From an uncultured bacterium (GTDB taxonomy: Bacteria; Planctomycetota; UBA8108; UBA1146), in contig CALEHF010000263.1 in NCBI GenBank assembly GCA_937876125.1, forward strand, positions 3,025 to 67,024: a stretch of 64,000 nucleotides of DNA, given 5' to 3'. The translations under genes were made by a program, and so were the position numbers. The notes below the pieces were generated by a model. That model was given only the letters and a program-made list of their open reading frames with translations. It was not told the DNA's origin and searched no databases. This document shows, piece by piece, positions 49,851 through 59,549 of this stretch (positions within the stretch are counted from its first letter, which is position 1; every line of letters starts with the position of its first letter).

Positions 49851-51083
49851 TCACACATCTGTGGGTCCCGGCAGAGGCGGATCCAGCTCGATTCCACCAC
49901 GACACAGGTACATGAGCGCGATCAGCGGCTGCGGGCCGTGGAAGCCGAACGCGCGTCGCGCGATCATCCGAAGACGCGTGTTCATCTCTTCGACGATCCC
50001 GTTCGTGAGTCTCTCGTCCACGTACGCCAACACTCCGTCAAGGTGCTTCCGAATCGTTCGCGCTGTCTTCACGAACGGTTTTAGTTTCGACCGTGACGCC
50101 CAAGCTAACCAATCCCTCAATGCTCGCTCTGCCCGCCATCTTTGTTTGTACTCGAGCGCCTTTGCCAGCGTCTCTTTCAACAAGTATGCACGGAAGAGCG
50201 GCGCGTTCGACTTCTCAATCTCCCGCAGCTTCTTCTTCTCTCCGTCGTTGAGGCTCCATGGGTTCTTCAGCACGACGAAACGGCTGCGGAACAGGTCCTT
50301 GCCCTCGGGCGTGCCACGCAACTCTCGAAGCTCCTCACGTCGCACCGCATCGAAGGCGTCACTGGCCAGTCGTTGCACGTGAAAGCGGTCGAAGACCACC
50401 TGGGCATTGGGAAGATGCTCGCGAATCGCTTTGTGATAACCGGCGGACATATCGATCTTCGCCGCTTCGATCTCAGCACATCGCCTCGGTCCGAGTTCCT
50501 CGAAGAAGGAGGCGAGCGTTGTCGCTCTCGCACCAGGCCCAGCCCAGACGATGCGTCGACGGTCGTGATCCACGACAACGGTCAAGTACTTGTGTCGTCG
50601 ACGGTAACTGAACTCGTCGACTCCGATTCGTTTCAGGCCGTTGAGGCGCTCTGGATCGAGTCGATAGCCGACGACCCGATCCACGATCCGGCCCACTGTC
50701 GCCCAGGAGATCCCCATCAACTTTTGAACGGAAGTCTTGTCGGTTGACTGGGCGAGGTAAGCAGTGAGCCCCTCGAAATCGTGAGTGAAGCCGCTGTTGT
50801 GTGCAGCCCAAGGAACCGACTCCACGCGAACTCCACAGGTCGGGCAGCTCACGCGACGAGGGGCGTAGACGAGCCAGACTCGCGGGCGCCCGAGGCCGAG
50901 GTGGCGCCAACGTCGAGAGGAGACCGAGTCGAAGCCCGGCGCGGGAGCCCGACAAACGCCGCAACGAGGCAACTTGGCCCTCGGTCGCACGAAGACCAAG
51001 AGGTCCCCAGAGGAGAAGTCGAATCCCTGAACAAAGAGAGTAGTGATGCCGAGAAGTCGACGAAGTAGAGTCTTGGTGCGCAC
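49851..51083 (-). CDS. ISL3-family transposase
   Basis: N-terminal zinc-finger/HTH region (RCGVCRAPAP...CPTCGVRVESVPWA) and DDE_Tnp_ISL3 core (VDEFSYRRRHKYLTVVVDHDRRRIVW..., KIDMSAGYHKAIREHLPNAQVVFDRFHV). Confidence 0.8.
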   Translation of the reverse strand: MRTKTLLRRLLGITTLFVQGFDFSSGDLLVFVRPRAKLPRCGVCRAPAPGFDSVSSRRWRHLGLGRPRVWLVYAPRRVSCPTCGVRVESVPWAAHNSGFTHDFEGLTAYLAQSTDKTSVQKLMGISWATVGRIVDRVVGYRLDPERLNGLKRIGVDEFSYRRRHKYLTVVVDHDRRRIVWAGPGARATTLASFFEELGPRRCAEIEAAKIDMSAGYHKAIREHLPNAQVVFDRFHVQRLASDAFDAVRREELRELRGTPEGKDLFRSRFVVLKNPWSLNDGEKKKLREIEKSNAPLFRAYLLKETLAKALEYKQRWRAERALRDWLAWASRSKLKPFVKTARTIRKHLDGVLAYVDERLTNGIVEEMNTRLRMIARRAFGFHGPQPLIALMYLCRGGIELDPPLPGPTDV

Positions 51084-51306
51084 GGGACCTCCGCGATCTT
51101 GTGGTTGTGGTTAACAACAAGAAAGCACGGTCTCGTGCCGTTTTCACATCTCTCTCCATCACAAATTCCTGGTGTCCCCCGGAGCTCCGTCGCCCTCGGC
51201 GTCGGTCGCGCCCTGCCCTCGCGAAGCGAGCTTGGGCCGATGCCGAGGGCGGCGGTGCGGAGGGGCCCGGCAGCTCCCGAGCTCGAGGTTGAGTGGGCGA
51301 GGTTTC

Positions 51307-51564
51307 TCACCTACGATCTACCCACTGAGGTGTGAGGAGAGGCCGGTTATTCTCGTTCGATTCGCAACTTGTATCGCGGGTTGGGTCGAAACCGCAATCG
51401 AGCGGCGCGGGGGGCTCTGATCCCATCTGGAACAAGGAGTTCAGCAGGTTGATCGGATCCGCGAGGTCGACGTTGCCATCGTCGTTGGAATCGGATCCGC
51501 TCTGACAGGTGCTCTGGGGATCATTGAAGAGAATGATCCCGAGGAGTGTCAGAGGATCACCCAC
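51307..51564 (-). pseudogene. Truncated dockerin-like module remnant (family member E)
   Basis: Only a single repeat plus terminal Cys motif (SDSNDDGNVDLADPINLLNSLF...PPAPLDCGFDPTRDTSC); upstream body absent; lies between ISL3 and repeat R2. Confidence 0.45.
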
Positions 51565-51630
51565 ATCGACCCCGCCGTCGAGATTGGTATCACCGCGGCG
51601 GAACTGAATCTGTTCGAAGGGGGGCGGCGT

Positions 51631-51697
51631 GGATCGTGCGGAAGACCTTTGTGGATGAGGGCTTGTGGGGTGTCTGTGACCGCCTGTTGGTCAAGCC
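51631..51697 (+). repeat. 65-bp direct repeat R2 (partner of 47606-47674)
   Basis: See R1. Confidence 0.75.
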
Positions 51698-51810
51698 ATC
51701 AAACGACAATCCGAAGATCATCAGGCAACGCACTCCTGTATCGTGTCGATACGAGAAATGTACGTGCCCCAAGAAGAGCGCTGGCCCGATGGATCAGAGG
51801 AGTCGAACGC

Positions 51811-52716
51811 ATGCGTGGCTGGATCATCTATCATCGTCCTGTCGACAAGAACGACGTGAGATCTCACGGGTGCCGCCGCTTCTTGGAGTCGGCGGAGAAG
51901 AACGGAGTCGAGCTTGATGTCGTCTCCCCCGAAGAGATCGATCTGGTCGTCACCCGTGAAGATCGCAAGGGGATCCTGCTCCGAGGCAAGACGACGTCAC
52001 TCCCCGATTTCGTGCTCCCGCGCACCGGCTCTGCAACGACCTACTTCACACTGGCCGTGATTCGCCACCTCGAGCGACTCGGCGTCACCTCATTCAACGG
52101 GTCCCACGCTATCGAAATCGTCAAGGACAAGCTCTACAGCCAGCAGATTCTCGCCCAGAGCAACTTCCCTGTACCGCGAACAATGCTAGGACGGCCACCG
52201 GTCAACCTCGACGTCGTTGAGGCCCAGATACGGTTCCCAGTCATCGCAAAGACGATCAGTGGATCCCAGGGAAAAGGAGTGTATCTCTGCCCCGATCGGG
52301 AAAGTCTGAACGCCACGATGGAAGAGATCAGCGCTCTCAAGCACTCACCGAACGTCATCTTCCAGGAGTTCATCGAAGCAAGCTACGGCCAGGACTTGCG
52401 GGTGTTCATCATCGGGGGACGGGCGATCGGCGCGATTCGGCGGGTAGCAAACGATGGATCGTTCAAGGCGAACATTTCACTCGGGGCGAGGGCAGAACCA
52501 TACGAGTTGACCCCCGAGGCTGAGTGGCTCGCTTCCGAAGTCGCTCGCCTCCTCGGCCTCGAGATCGCGGGAATCGACCTGCTGTTCGATACCGACGGTC
52601 TCAAGATCTGCGAAGCGAACTCCTCACCCGGGTTCAAGGGAATCGAGATGGCCTACGATATCGACGTTCCGAGTGAAATTTTCCGGTTCATCAGAGTCCG
52701 GCTGGGGCTCCTCTGA
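51811..52716 (+). CDS. rimK: RimK-family ATP-grasp alpha-L-glutamate ligase
   Basis: Strong RimK similarity (ATP-grasp motifs FPVIAKTISGSQGKGVYLC, IFQEFIEASYGQDLRVFIIGGRAIGAIRR, EANSSPGFKGIE); ATG 51811 chosen over upstream TTG/ATG. Confidence 0.75.
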   Translation: MRGWIIYHRPVDKNDVRSHGCRRFLESAEKNGVELDVVSPEEIDLVVTREDRKGILLRGKTTSLPDFVLPRTGSATTYFTLAVIRHLERLGVTSFNGSHAIEIVKDKLYSQQILAQSNFPVPRTMLGRPPVNLDVVEAQIRFPVIAKTISGSQGKGVYLCPDRESLNATMEEISALKHSPNVIFQEFIEASYGQDLRVFIIGGRAIGAIRRVANDGSFKANISLGARAEPYELTPEAEWLASEVARLLGLEIAGIDLLFDTDGLKICEANSSPGFKGIEMAYDIDVPSEIFRFIRVRLGLL

Positions 52717-52765
52717 TCCGATCGAAGGAGGGCTGGCAGTGATCCGAGGGGGCGTCACGAGCGCG

Positions 52766-53278
52766 TCATGAACCGGCCTCGTCGAGAACAGAGGCCAGTA
52801 GATCAGCCAACGCTCTCCGCTCGCTGGCCTTGAGAGCAGAGACCGATTCGGCAGCATCCTGAACCCTGGCCCCGATCGCTCGATCGACGAGCAGGCGTCC
52901 TTTCCGCGTGAGGACGACGAGCCAGCTCCGTCCATCCGCCTCGTCCGCTTCTCGCCTGACGAGGCTCCGTTCCTCGAGACGATCGATTCGATTCGTCATC
53001 GCACCAGAGGTCAAATGTGCCGAAGAACAGAGTTCTGTTGGGGTCAGTTCAAACGGTTCCCCCACTCGGCGCAGCGCTGAAAGAACGTCGAACTCCCACG
53101 GCTGCAATTCAAAAGGCTGCAGGGTCTCCTTCAAGCGCCGACCCAAATCTTGCGCCAGGATGAGAACCCTGAGAACAACCGCCATGCCAGTGAGATCGAG
53201 ATCGGGGCGCTCACCCCGCCACTGCTCCAGCATCTCATGTACGACATCACCGGCCGGCTTCTTCTTTGCGCTGTGCAT
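52766..53278 (-). CDS. MarR-family transcriptional regulator
   Basis: wHTH region LQPWEFDVLSALRRVGEPFELTPTELCSSAHLTSGAMTNRIDRLEERSLVRR. Confidence 0.75.
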   Translation of the reverse strand: MHSAKKKPAGDVVHEMLEQWRGERPDLDLTGMAVVLRVLILAQDLGRRLKETLQPFELQPWEFDVLSALRRVGEPFELTPTELCSSAHLTSGAMTNRIDRLEERSLVRREADEADGRSWLVVLTRKGRLLVDRAIGARVQDAAESVSALKASERRALADLLASVLDEAGS

Positions 53279-53288
53279 GGTCCATCTT

Positions 53289-53749
53289 TCAACGAAGGTC
53301 AGTGAGTCGATCCATCGCGTTGTGAGATTTTCTCGATCTTTGAACTCTTGCCCAAGCGGAGGTCTCGAATGCCTCCCCCCGGCGGGAGCGATCTGCGAGG
53401 GGATCTGCGGCCGCCGTCGCGCAATCGATACAATAACGCACGTAGGGGATCGCCTCCAGGCGGGCGCGGCTGATCCCATGGCCGCACATTTCGCACTCGC
53501 CGAAAATCCCGTACTCGATCTTGTCGATCGCCGCATCGATCTCCTTCAGCGCTTCGAAGTCTCGAGCGTACACCCCAAGGGCGAACTCCTCCAATGAGCT
53601 GGTCGAAGCGAGATCGTCGTTCTGATCCTCTCTGGAAAGGGATGTCTCGGTCGCCACTTGGTCATGAAGCTGGGCACGATGCACGAGAATAGCGCGAAGC
53701 TGGTTCAGTCGCCGTTCAAAGTGCCGGGTGTGTTTCGCGCTAAGTGTCA
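53289..53749 (-). CDS. DksA/TraR-family C4 zinc-finger regulator
   Basis: C-terminal CxxC-N17-CxxC zinc finger (CEMCGHGISRARLEAIPYVRYCIDC) after coiled-coil; start approximate. Confidence 0.6.
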
Positions 53750-54094
53750 TGTCTGTCGTCCCTTCCAAATACCTCGCCATTGCCCGCCGGGCAACAATCC
53801 CCCGAAGCACCCCTTCAGGTGGACATCCCGACGTCCGATACCTTCACATGAACGGATGTACCTTCGCGTCAAGGTAAAGTCACCTTCTTTTTCCGGCTCC
53901 TCGGAATTGGCTTGAGCGGCCTGAGCGGATTCGAAAGTAAAGGTTGAAATTGAGTCAACGTGGAGATACATAGCTCGACATCGAGATAGTTTCTCCCCAC
54001 GGCATTCCCCCCCGCGGTGCGCTCCAGGAGCACCTGGGACGTTTCGAGGAGCGCATCGAGTGATCGATGCCAATCAGACTGAGAAGGAGCACGG

Positions 54095-54571
54095 ATGTAC
54101 CCAGAGCACTACGGAACTCACGAGTTCTTTCCCCGCTCCAGTGACTTTGAAGTCGTCCGCCTCGACGACTTTCAGGGACTGGGGGTCCGGTCGCTCAGGC
54201 AGTTCCGCCCGGGTGACCTTGTGGCTGAGTTCACCGGCGAGCTCGTCCTCGAACGCACGCAGCACAGCCTGCAAGTCGACTCGAACCTTCACCTCGAAGA
54301 CCTCTACTTCGTGGGGTACTTCCTCCACTCGTGCGCGCCCAACGTCACCGTCGATATGACGCGAAGGCTTGTTCACGCTGCGGATTGGATCGAGCCGGAA
54401 CAGTTCCTCCGCATGGACTACGCTGAGACAGAGGACATGCTCTACAAGCAGTTTCCCTGTCGTTGCGGCGCCCCGCAGTGCCGCCGGTGGATCACTGGAC
54501 GTCGAGAAGCACCGAACATGTCTCAACCCATCCTGAGCGAAACGTCTGCGCACCAGGACCAAGTCGCGTGA
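54095..54571 (+). CDS. SET-domain protein (putative protein-lysine methyltransferase)
   Basis: SET signatures GxG (GLGVRSL), LHSCAPN (NHSCxPN), post-SET Cys cluster CRCGAPQC; stop overlaps next start (GTGA). Confidence 0.7.
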   Translation: MYPEHYGTHEFFPRSSDFEVVRLDDFQGLGVRSLRQFRPGDLVAEFTGELVLERTQHSLQVDSNLHLEDLYFVGYFLHSCAPNVTVDMTRRLVHAADWIEPEQFLRMDYAETEDMLYKQFPCRCGAPQCRRWITGRREAPNMSQPILSETSAHQDQVA

Positions 54572-55788
54572 CCGTGTTGAACGCTGCTCAATGGTGGGCG
54601 AGGGAGGACCTTCGCATCGATGGCGATCGGCTGGTCTTCGCGGGCCGTCCCGTAGCTGATCTCGTGCGACAGTTCGGGAGTCCGACCTTCTTCTACTCCG
54701 CAAAGCGCGTTCTCTCCAACGCCGAGCGCCTGCACTCGTGCTTTCGAGACGCCGGCCTAGAGGGACGCTCCCGCATCCACTACGCGATGAAGGCGAATCG
54801 ATTTGCCCCGTTGTTGACCTTCCTCAAAGGGACCGGTCTGGTCGGAATCGATGCGTGTTCCCCCAACGAGGTGGAGCACGCCATCGCCTGCGGTTTTCGT
54901 GCGGAAGAGATTTCCTTCACCAATACCAGCCTCTCACCGAGGGATTTGCGACGCCTGGCGGGAATTGATGGCCTGCGCATCAACCTGGATTCCATTGGGG
55001 CGATTCGAAGTTGGGGGACGCTCGCGCCCGGCTCTCGCATTGGAATCCGCGTCAATCCGGGGCTTGGGATCGGCCGCACTTCGAACGACAAACTCAGCTA
55101 CAGCGGCGATCAAACCACTAAGTTCGGAATCTACCGCGAGCAGTTCGATGACGCTCTCGAGATGGCGGACCGTCACAACCTCACCGTCGACACGATTCAC
55201 TTTCATTGCGGCTGCGGATATCTGACGCCGCAGCTGGAAGCACTCGACCGCATTCTCGAAGAGGCCAACTGGTTCGTGCGCCGCTGCCCGACCACCCGTT
55301 CGGTCAATCTCGGAGGCGGACTCGGGGTACCCCACCAGGCGACGGACGAACCGCTCGACTTGCACCGCTGGGCTTCGCTCCTCGTCCAGCACTTCGGTTC
55401 CACCGAATTGGCGCTGGAAATCGAGCCGGGGGACTACCTGGTCAAGGACGCGGGAATCTTGGCCCTGAGTGTTTGCGGGAACGAGGTGAAACGCAGAACG
55501 CGCTTCGTTTCCGTGGATGCCGGATTCAATGTGGCGATCGAGCCCGCGATGTACGGTCTCCCCTTCGAACCGGTCCCAGCCCTTTGGCGTCGGGGTCCGC
55601 TCGAGTTGGTGACGGTGGTCGGCAACATCAACGAGGCGCTCGATGTCTGGGCCACAGACGTGCCGCTGCCATCACTCGAGGAGGGGGACTGCCTCGCACT
55701 GATCAATGCCGGAGCGTACTCGAGCTCGATGGCCTCGAACCATTGCATGCGGGGGGATTGGAAGGAGTTCCTGCTCTTCGATGAGTAG
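54568..55788 (+). CDS. PLP-dependent Orn/DAP/Arg decarboxylase-family enzyme (LysA/NspC-like)
   Basis: TIM-barrel PLP region IHYAMKANRFAPLLTFL (Lys-PLP), C-terminal beta-domain with GEPGDYL-like EPGDYLV motif; translationally coupled to SET gene. Confidence 0.7.
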   Translation: MTVLNAAQWWAREDLRIDGDRLVFAGRPVADLVRQFGSPTFFYSAKRVLSNAERLHSCFRDAGLEGRSRIHYAMKANRFAPLLTFLKGTGLVGIDACSPNEVEHAIACGFRAEEISFTNTSLSPRDLRRLAGIDGLRINLDSIGAIRSWGTLAPGSRIGIRVNPGLGIGRTSNDKLSYSGDQTTKFGIYREQFDDALEMADRHNLTVDTIHFHCGCGYLTPQLEALDRILEEANWFVRRCPTTRSVNLGGGLGVPHQATDEPLDLHRWASLLVQHFGSTELALEIEPGDYLVKDAGILALSVCGNEVKRRTRFVSVDAGFNVAIEPAMYGLPFEPVPALWRRGPLELVTVVGNINEALDVWATDVPLPSLEEGDCLALINAGAYSSSMASNHCMRGDWKEFLLFDE

Positions 55789-55795
55789 GAGCGAC

Positions 55796-56388
55796 TCAAC
55801 GACGCTCGCCGCGCTCCTTTTCCGCGAGCGTGCTGCGCAGCAAGGGGAGCACCGCGAGGTCCTTCGGCGATCCCAGGAGTTCCTTGACTCGATTCAAGCT
55901 CGGTAGGTCCTGCGCACACAGCTCCCGTTCATCCAGGAGCATTCGGTCGCAGGTGGCGAGAAGGTCGGGGTAGCTCTGGCCGCTCGCGAGCTTCCCCAGA
56001 ACGTCGAGCGGACCACACTCCGTGCTCAGCAGGTGGTGCCTTTCCCCGGCAAGATCCTCTGCGCTGGGGCGTCGGCTGAGTTCCGGGCGGATCCGATAGA
56101 GCGCATCGATCTCGACCAGGACGCGACACAACCGCTCGATGTTCCCAGCTTCCCGAGCGTGAACCACGTCCAGGTCGACGGTCGTGATCGGCGCACCCTC
56201 AAGCAGGGCGCCACCCCTCCGACAACAACGAAGTCCACCTCGCTGTCGGCCAACGTGCGCAATAGCTTTCGGAAATCAGCGTGCACGATCCCCGCTCCTC
56301 GGGGTGAAGCCTGGACTTCTCGGGCATCAGCGACAGCGCATCCTGAAGGACCTGAAGTCGCTGCCCCGGCTCGAGGCTGAGCATCCAC
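55796..56388 (-). pseudogene. MNT-type nucleotidyltransferase (AbiEii/KNTase-like) disrupted by -1 frameshift in a G-run
   Basis: Frame 1 gives ...EVDFVVVGG then diverges. An extra G in the GGGG run at ~56214-56217 would restore GGGGALLEGAPITTVDLDVV (GGxAL...R.T.DLD NTase motif) continuing into ORF 55796..56167. Confidence 0.4.
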
Positions 56389-56887
56389 CGGATGGGGCTG
56401 CGGTCGACGCCGTTCGAATCGTAGACGACATCGGTCGAGACCGGTCCGGCGAGGGCGGGAGTTTCTTGTGGGGGCACAGTGTGTTGTGGGGGCACAGGTG
56501 GGTTCTTCATGGCTGCAGTTTTCCGCCCCCGGCTGAACCCGACCAGACGCGGGCGCTCGGGGATGCCTCGAATTGGAATCGCTGAGCCGGCGACGACCGA
56601 CCGATATTCAACCTCCAGGGGCTCCGTCGACCACTCCGAAGTCACCGATCGGTTAGGACCACAACCAGCGAACTGACGTATCCCGATCGTCTCGGACCGC
56701 TTCGATCTAGTGAACAACCCCTCCGCTGCCGCCGCTGCCAAGCATCGGGCGTTTCCAGAGTCTCCCACAGATTTTCCAAGATTCCTCTGCAGGGTCGGTC
56801 CCGCGATCTCGCGGTAGTGGCTGAAGGGGAGTTCGCGCAGTGGGTGCGAGCCCCGAAACCCCGACTGACCTTTGGAAAGGCAGTTCC

Positions 56888-59497
56888 ATGACCAGCACTC
56901 GTCGCACCGCTCTTGTTCTCATTCTTTGCGTCCTCTTCAGCCAAGCCACGATCACCTCGTTCGCCCAATGCGGTGGTTCAGTGGATTTCCCATCGGCGCC
57001 GCTCCCGCTCGATCCGGGCGTCACCGCACACACCGAAGTCGCGGGGAACGCGCTCGTCCTCGAGTCGCCCCTCCTCGTCTGTCACCCGACCGCGTCCCCG
57101 ATCGCGGGAGTGAACCAGATCAGCGTCGACGGGGCGGATCAAACGGTTGTCTTCTCGTCCCCGACCCTGGCAATTCCGGGAGACGCTCCCGCGATCGATG
57201 TGATTCGCGGCGATCAGGTCTTTACCCGGGCGCTGAGCGGGGCCTTCCTGCACGCCGCCGGCGGGCTCTGCACTTCGGCCGCCGGCTACTCGGTCGGCAT
57301 TACCGATGCGGCGATCGCCGTCGTGGTCGGAGATCGGTTCGAGGAACACCCCCTCCCCCCCGGGGAACTCCCTTTGAGTGCTGCGGCGATCGGAGTCTGC
57401 CCGCAGAACGGTTCGTTCATCTTCATCTGCGTCGAGACGACGCTCCCGAGCCTCGAGTTCGTCCTCGGTTCTGAACACGAATCGGTACCGCTCTCCTCGG
57501 CGGGCGCTGCAATTCCCGACAGCTACTCGAACGGTGCGACCGGCGGCGTGCTCTACTACTCCGCGACCGAGGTCCTCTCGATCACGGCGGGAGACGCGAG
57601 CACGACTGCGCTGCCCGGCACGTACGTTTCCCACGCACCGAGCCCTGGTGGAGTGCTCGTCACGACCACCGCGGGTCCCGTTCTGATCCCGCTCCCCACC
57701 GGCTCGATCGTGCTCCCGTTCGCTCCCTGCGACGTGCCGCTCGACTCTTCGGGGCCGGACGCGACCGGCTCGGCGATCGCTATCAACACCGACGCGTGCC
57801 CCGGCGTCGACGGTTCGACCGCGACCTGGCCCGCCCTGACGGCGGTCTGCGGTGGCGGACCCTCCTTCGGATTCTGCGCCTATCCGACGATCTCGGGTCT
57901 GCGGGCGAAGGTCGCGAGTGTGCATGCGTACGCTTCGACCACCCTCGGAGGATCGATGGCTCAGAACATCACCGGTAACATTTGGACTCCGATCGGGCTC
58001 GGCCCGGGGGCTCCGGGAACGGGGAAGACGATCGTCGCGAACGCGATGGTCGGAAATCTCAACGGCGACTTCGCGTGGGCATGGGCGTTCGCTCGTGCGG
58101 CCCTCGCTTCCGCAATTCCCGTCCCGTGCATCCGCATCACTCAGGGTGTTGCCGGCGGCCACGGACTCATCCATAACGAAGGTCACCAGGCGAGCTGGGC
58201 CGCGAGGGTGAAGGATCCGCTGCGCTTCGAGGGGTGGAACGACGCCGACGATCTCAACTTGGTGATCGAACTCTCCGAAGAGATCTTCCTCCCGATCGAC
58301 CCGACCACGCACATCTTCTCCGAGACCGAATACAAGTTCGACATGGGGAGCACATTGCCCGGTCTCCCGGAGCTCTGGCAAGGAACGATCACGGCGGATC
58401 ACAATGGCGTCGATCCCCAGCTGACCGTCGAGTTCTCGAGCAATCCAGCCCTCGGTCTCGACGACAACACAATCGCCCTACTGATCGAAGCCGCGTTCTT
58501 CTACGATGTGGTCCGCGCCGGTTATGCGCTCTCGAGTGCGCTCACGATCCTCACGACGGCGATCGACGTCCCGGCGGGCGTGACCGCGGTCGACATCAAG
58601 TGCGACAGCTCGATCGCGGGCAACCACTTCGAGTCGAGCTACAACGGTCCTCCGATCACCTCGATCTGCGGCGACGGCATCGTCGAAGAAACGGAAGAGT
58701 GCGATCAGACGGGCCAACTCAGCTGCAACCCGAACTGCCAGCTGACCCCCGACAACACGATCTTGATCCTCGACGTCCCCGCGCAGCCCGGTTTCCACCA
58801 GCTGCCGGTGTTCCTCAGCAACCCGGTGCCGAGCTCTCAGTTCTCCCTCGCCATTTGCGCCCCGGGGAACGACTTCGTCGGCCTCTCCTTCCAGGGCACG
58901 ATTACAGAGCTCGTGAACCCCGAACTCGTCCTTCAACAGTTCTTCCCCGGGCAAGGGATGACCCTGCAAGTGGTCTGCGACGCGCTGCCGCCCTACAACG
59001 CTCAAATGCTGCCGCCCGGTCCGTTCGAGCCGATCGTGATCCTCGACGTCTTCGTCAACAATCCGTTCAGCTTCCAGTTCTGCGACGACGCGCTCGGACA
59101 GCAAGGTCAGCCGACCGTGCAGAACTCAGTCATGAACTTCGGTGACCAACTCGTGCTCCAAGATGGCTTCGGATTGATCACCGACGTGCACGTGGTCGGC
59201 GGACCCCAGGTGCAATTCGTGCGGGGCGACGCGAACGCCGACGGCCAGCTCGATATCAGCGATCCGATCTCGACCCTGCTCTTCCTCTTCCCGCCGACCC
59301 CGTTCGGAGCGTTCTTGCCGTGCATGAATGCGGCAGACGTGAACGTCGATGGTCTGATCGATATCGGAGATCCGATCGGCCTCCTCGGACACCTTTTCGA
59401 TCCGCTGGCGCCGCCGATGCCACAACCGTTCCCGCTCTGCGCGCCCGATCCGTTCTTGTCCGGTCTCGAGTGCCAAGTCCAGGCGCTCTGCCCGTAG
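56888..59497 (+). CDS. Large secreted protein with Myxococcus-type Cys-rich repeat and C-terminal double dockerin-like module (family member F)
   Basis: Signal peptide MTSTRRTALVLILCVLFSQATITSFAQ. CGDGIVEETEECDQTGQLSCNPNCQ repeat. C-term FVRGDANADGQLDISDPISTLLFLF...PCMNAADVNVDGLIDIGDPIGLLGHLF...PPMPQPFPLCAPDPFLSGLEC. Confidence 0.65.
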   Translation: MTSTRRTALVLILCVLFSQATITSFAQCGGSVDFPSAPLPLDPGVTAHTEVAGNALVLESPLLVCHPTASPIAGVNQISVDGADQTVVFSSPTLAIPGDAPAIDVIRGDQVFTRALSGAFLHAAGGLCTSAAGYSVGITDAAIAVVVGDRFEEHPLPPGELPLSAAAIGVCPQNGSFIFICVETTLPSLEFVLGSEHESVPLSSAGAAIPDSYSNGATGGVLYYSATEVLSITAGDASTTALPGTYVSHAPSPGGVLVTTTAGPVLIPLPTGSIVLPFAPCDVPLDSSGPDATGSAIAINTDACPGVDGSTATWPALTAVCGGGPSFGFCAYPTISGLRAKVASVHAYASTTLGGSMAQNITGNIWTPIGLGPGAPGTGKTIVANAMVGNLNGDFAWAWAFARAALASAIPVPCIRITQGVAGGHGLIHNEGHQASWAARVKDPLRFEGWNDADDLNLVIELSEEIFLPIDPTTHIFSETEYKFDMGSTLPGLPELWQGTITADHNGVDPQLTVEFSSNPALGLDDNTIALLIEAAFFYDVVRAGYALSSALTILTTAIDVPAGVTAVDIKCDSSIAGNHFESSYNGPPITSICGDGIVEETEECDQTGQLSCNPNCQLTPDNTILILDVPAQPGFHQLPVFLSNPVPSSQFSLAICAPGNDFVGLSFQGTITELVNPELVLQQFFPGQGMTLQVVCDALPPYNAQMLPPGPFEPIVILDVFVNNPFSFQFCDDALGQQGQPTVQNSVMNFGDQLVLQDGFGLITDVHVVGGPQVQFVRGDANADGQLDISDPISTLLFLFPPTPFGAFLPCMNAADVNVDGLIDIGDPIGLLGHLFDPLAPPMPQPFPLCAPDPFLSGLECQVQALCP

Positions 59498-59549
59498 TCG
59501 TCTGGCGAGAAGATCGACTCCGGCACTCTGATTTGACATCCGAATAAAG

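Noticed and set aside
56199-56768. 190-aa ORF upstream of/overlapping the MNT gene as a HEPN partner
   Set aside because: It is in a different frame overlapping the MNT N-terminus and has no Rx4-6H HEPN motif.
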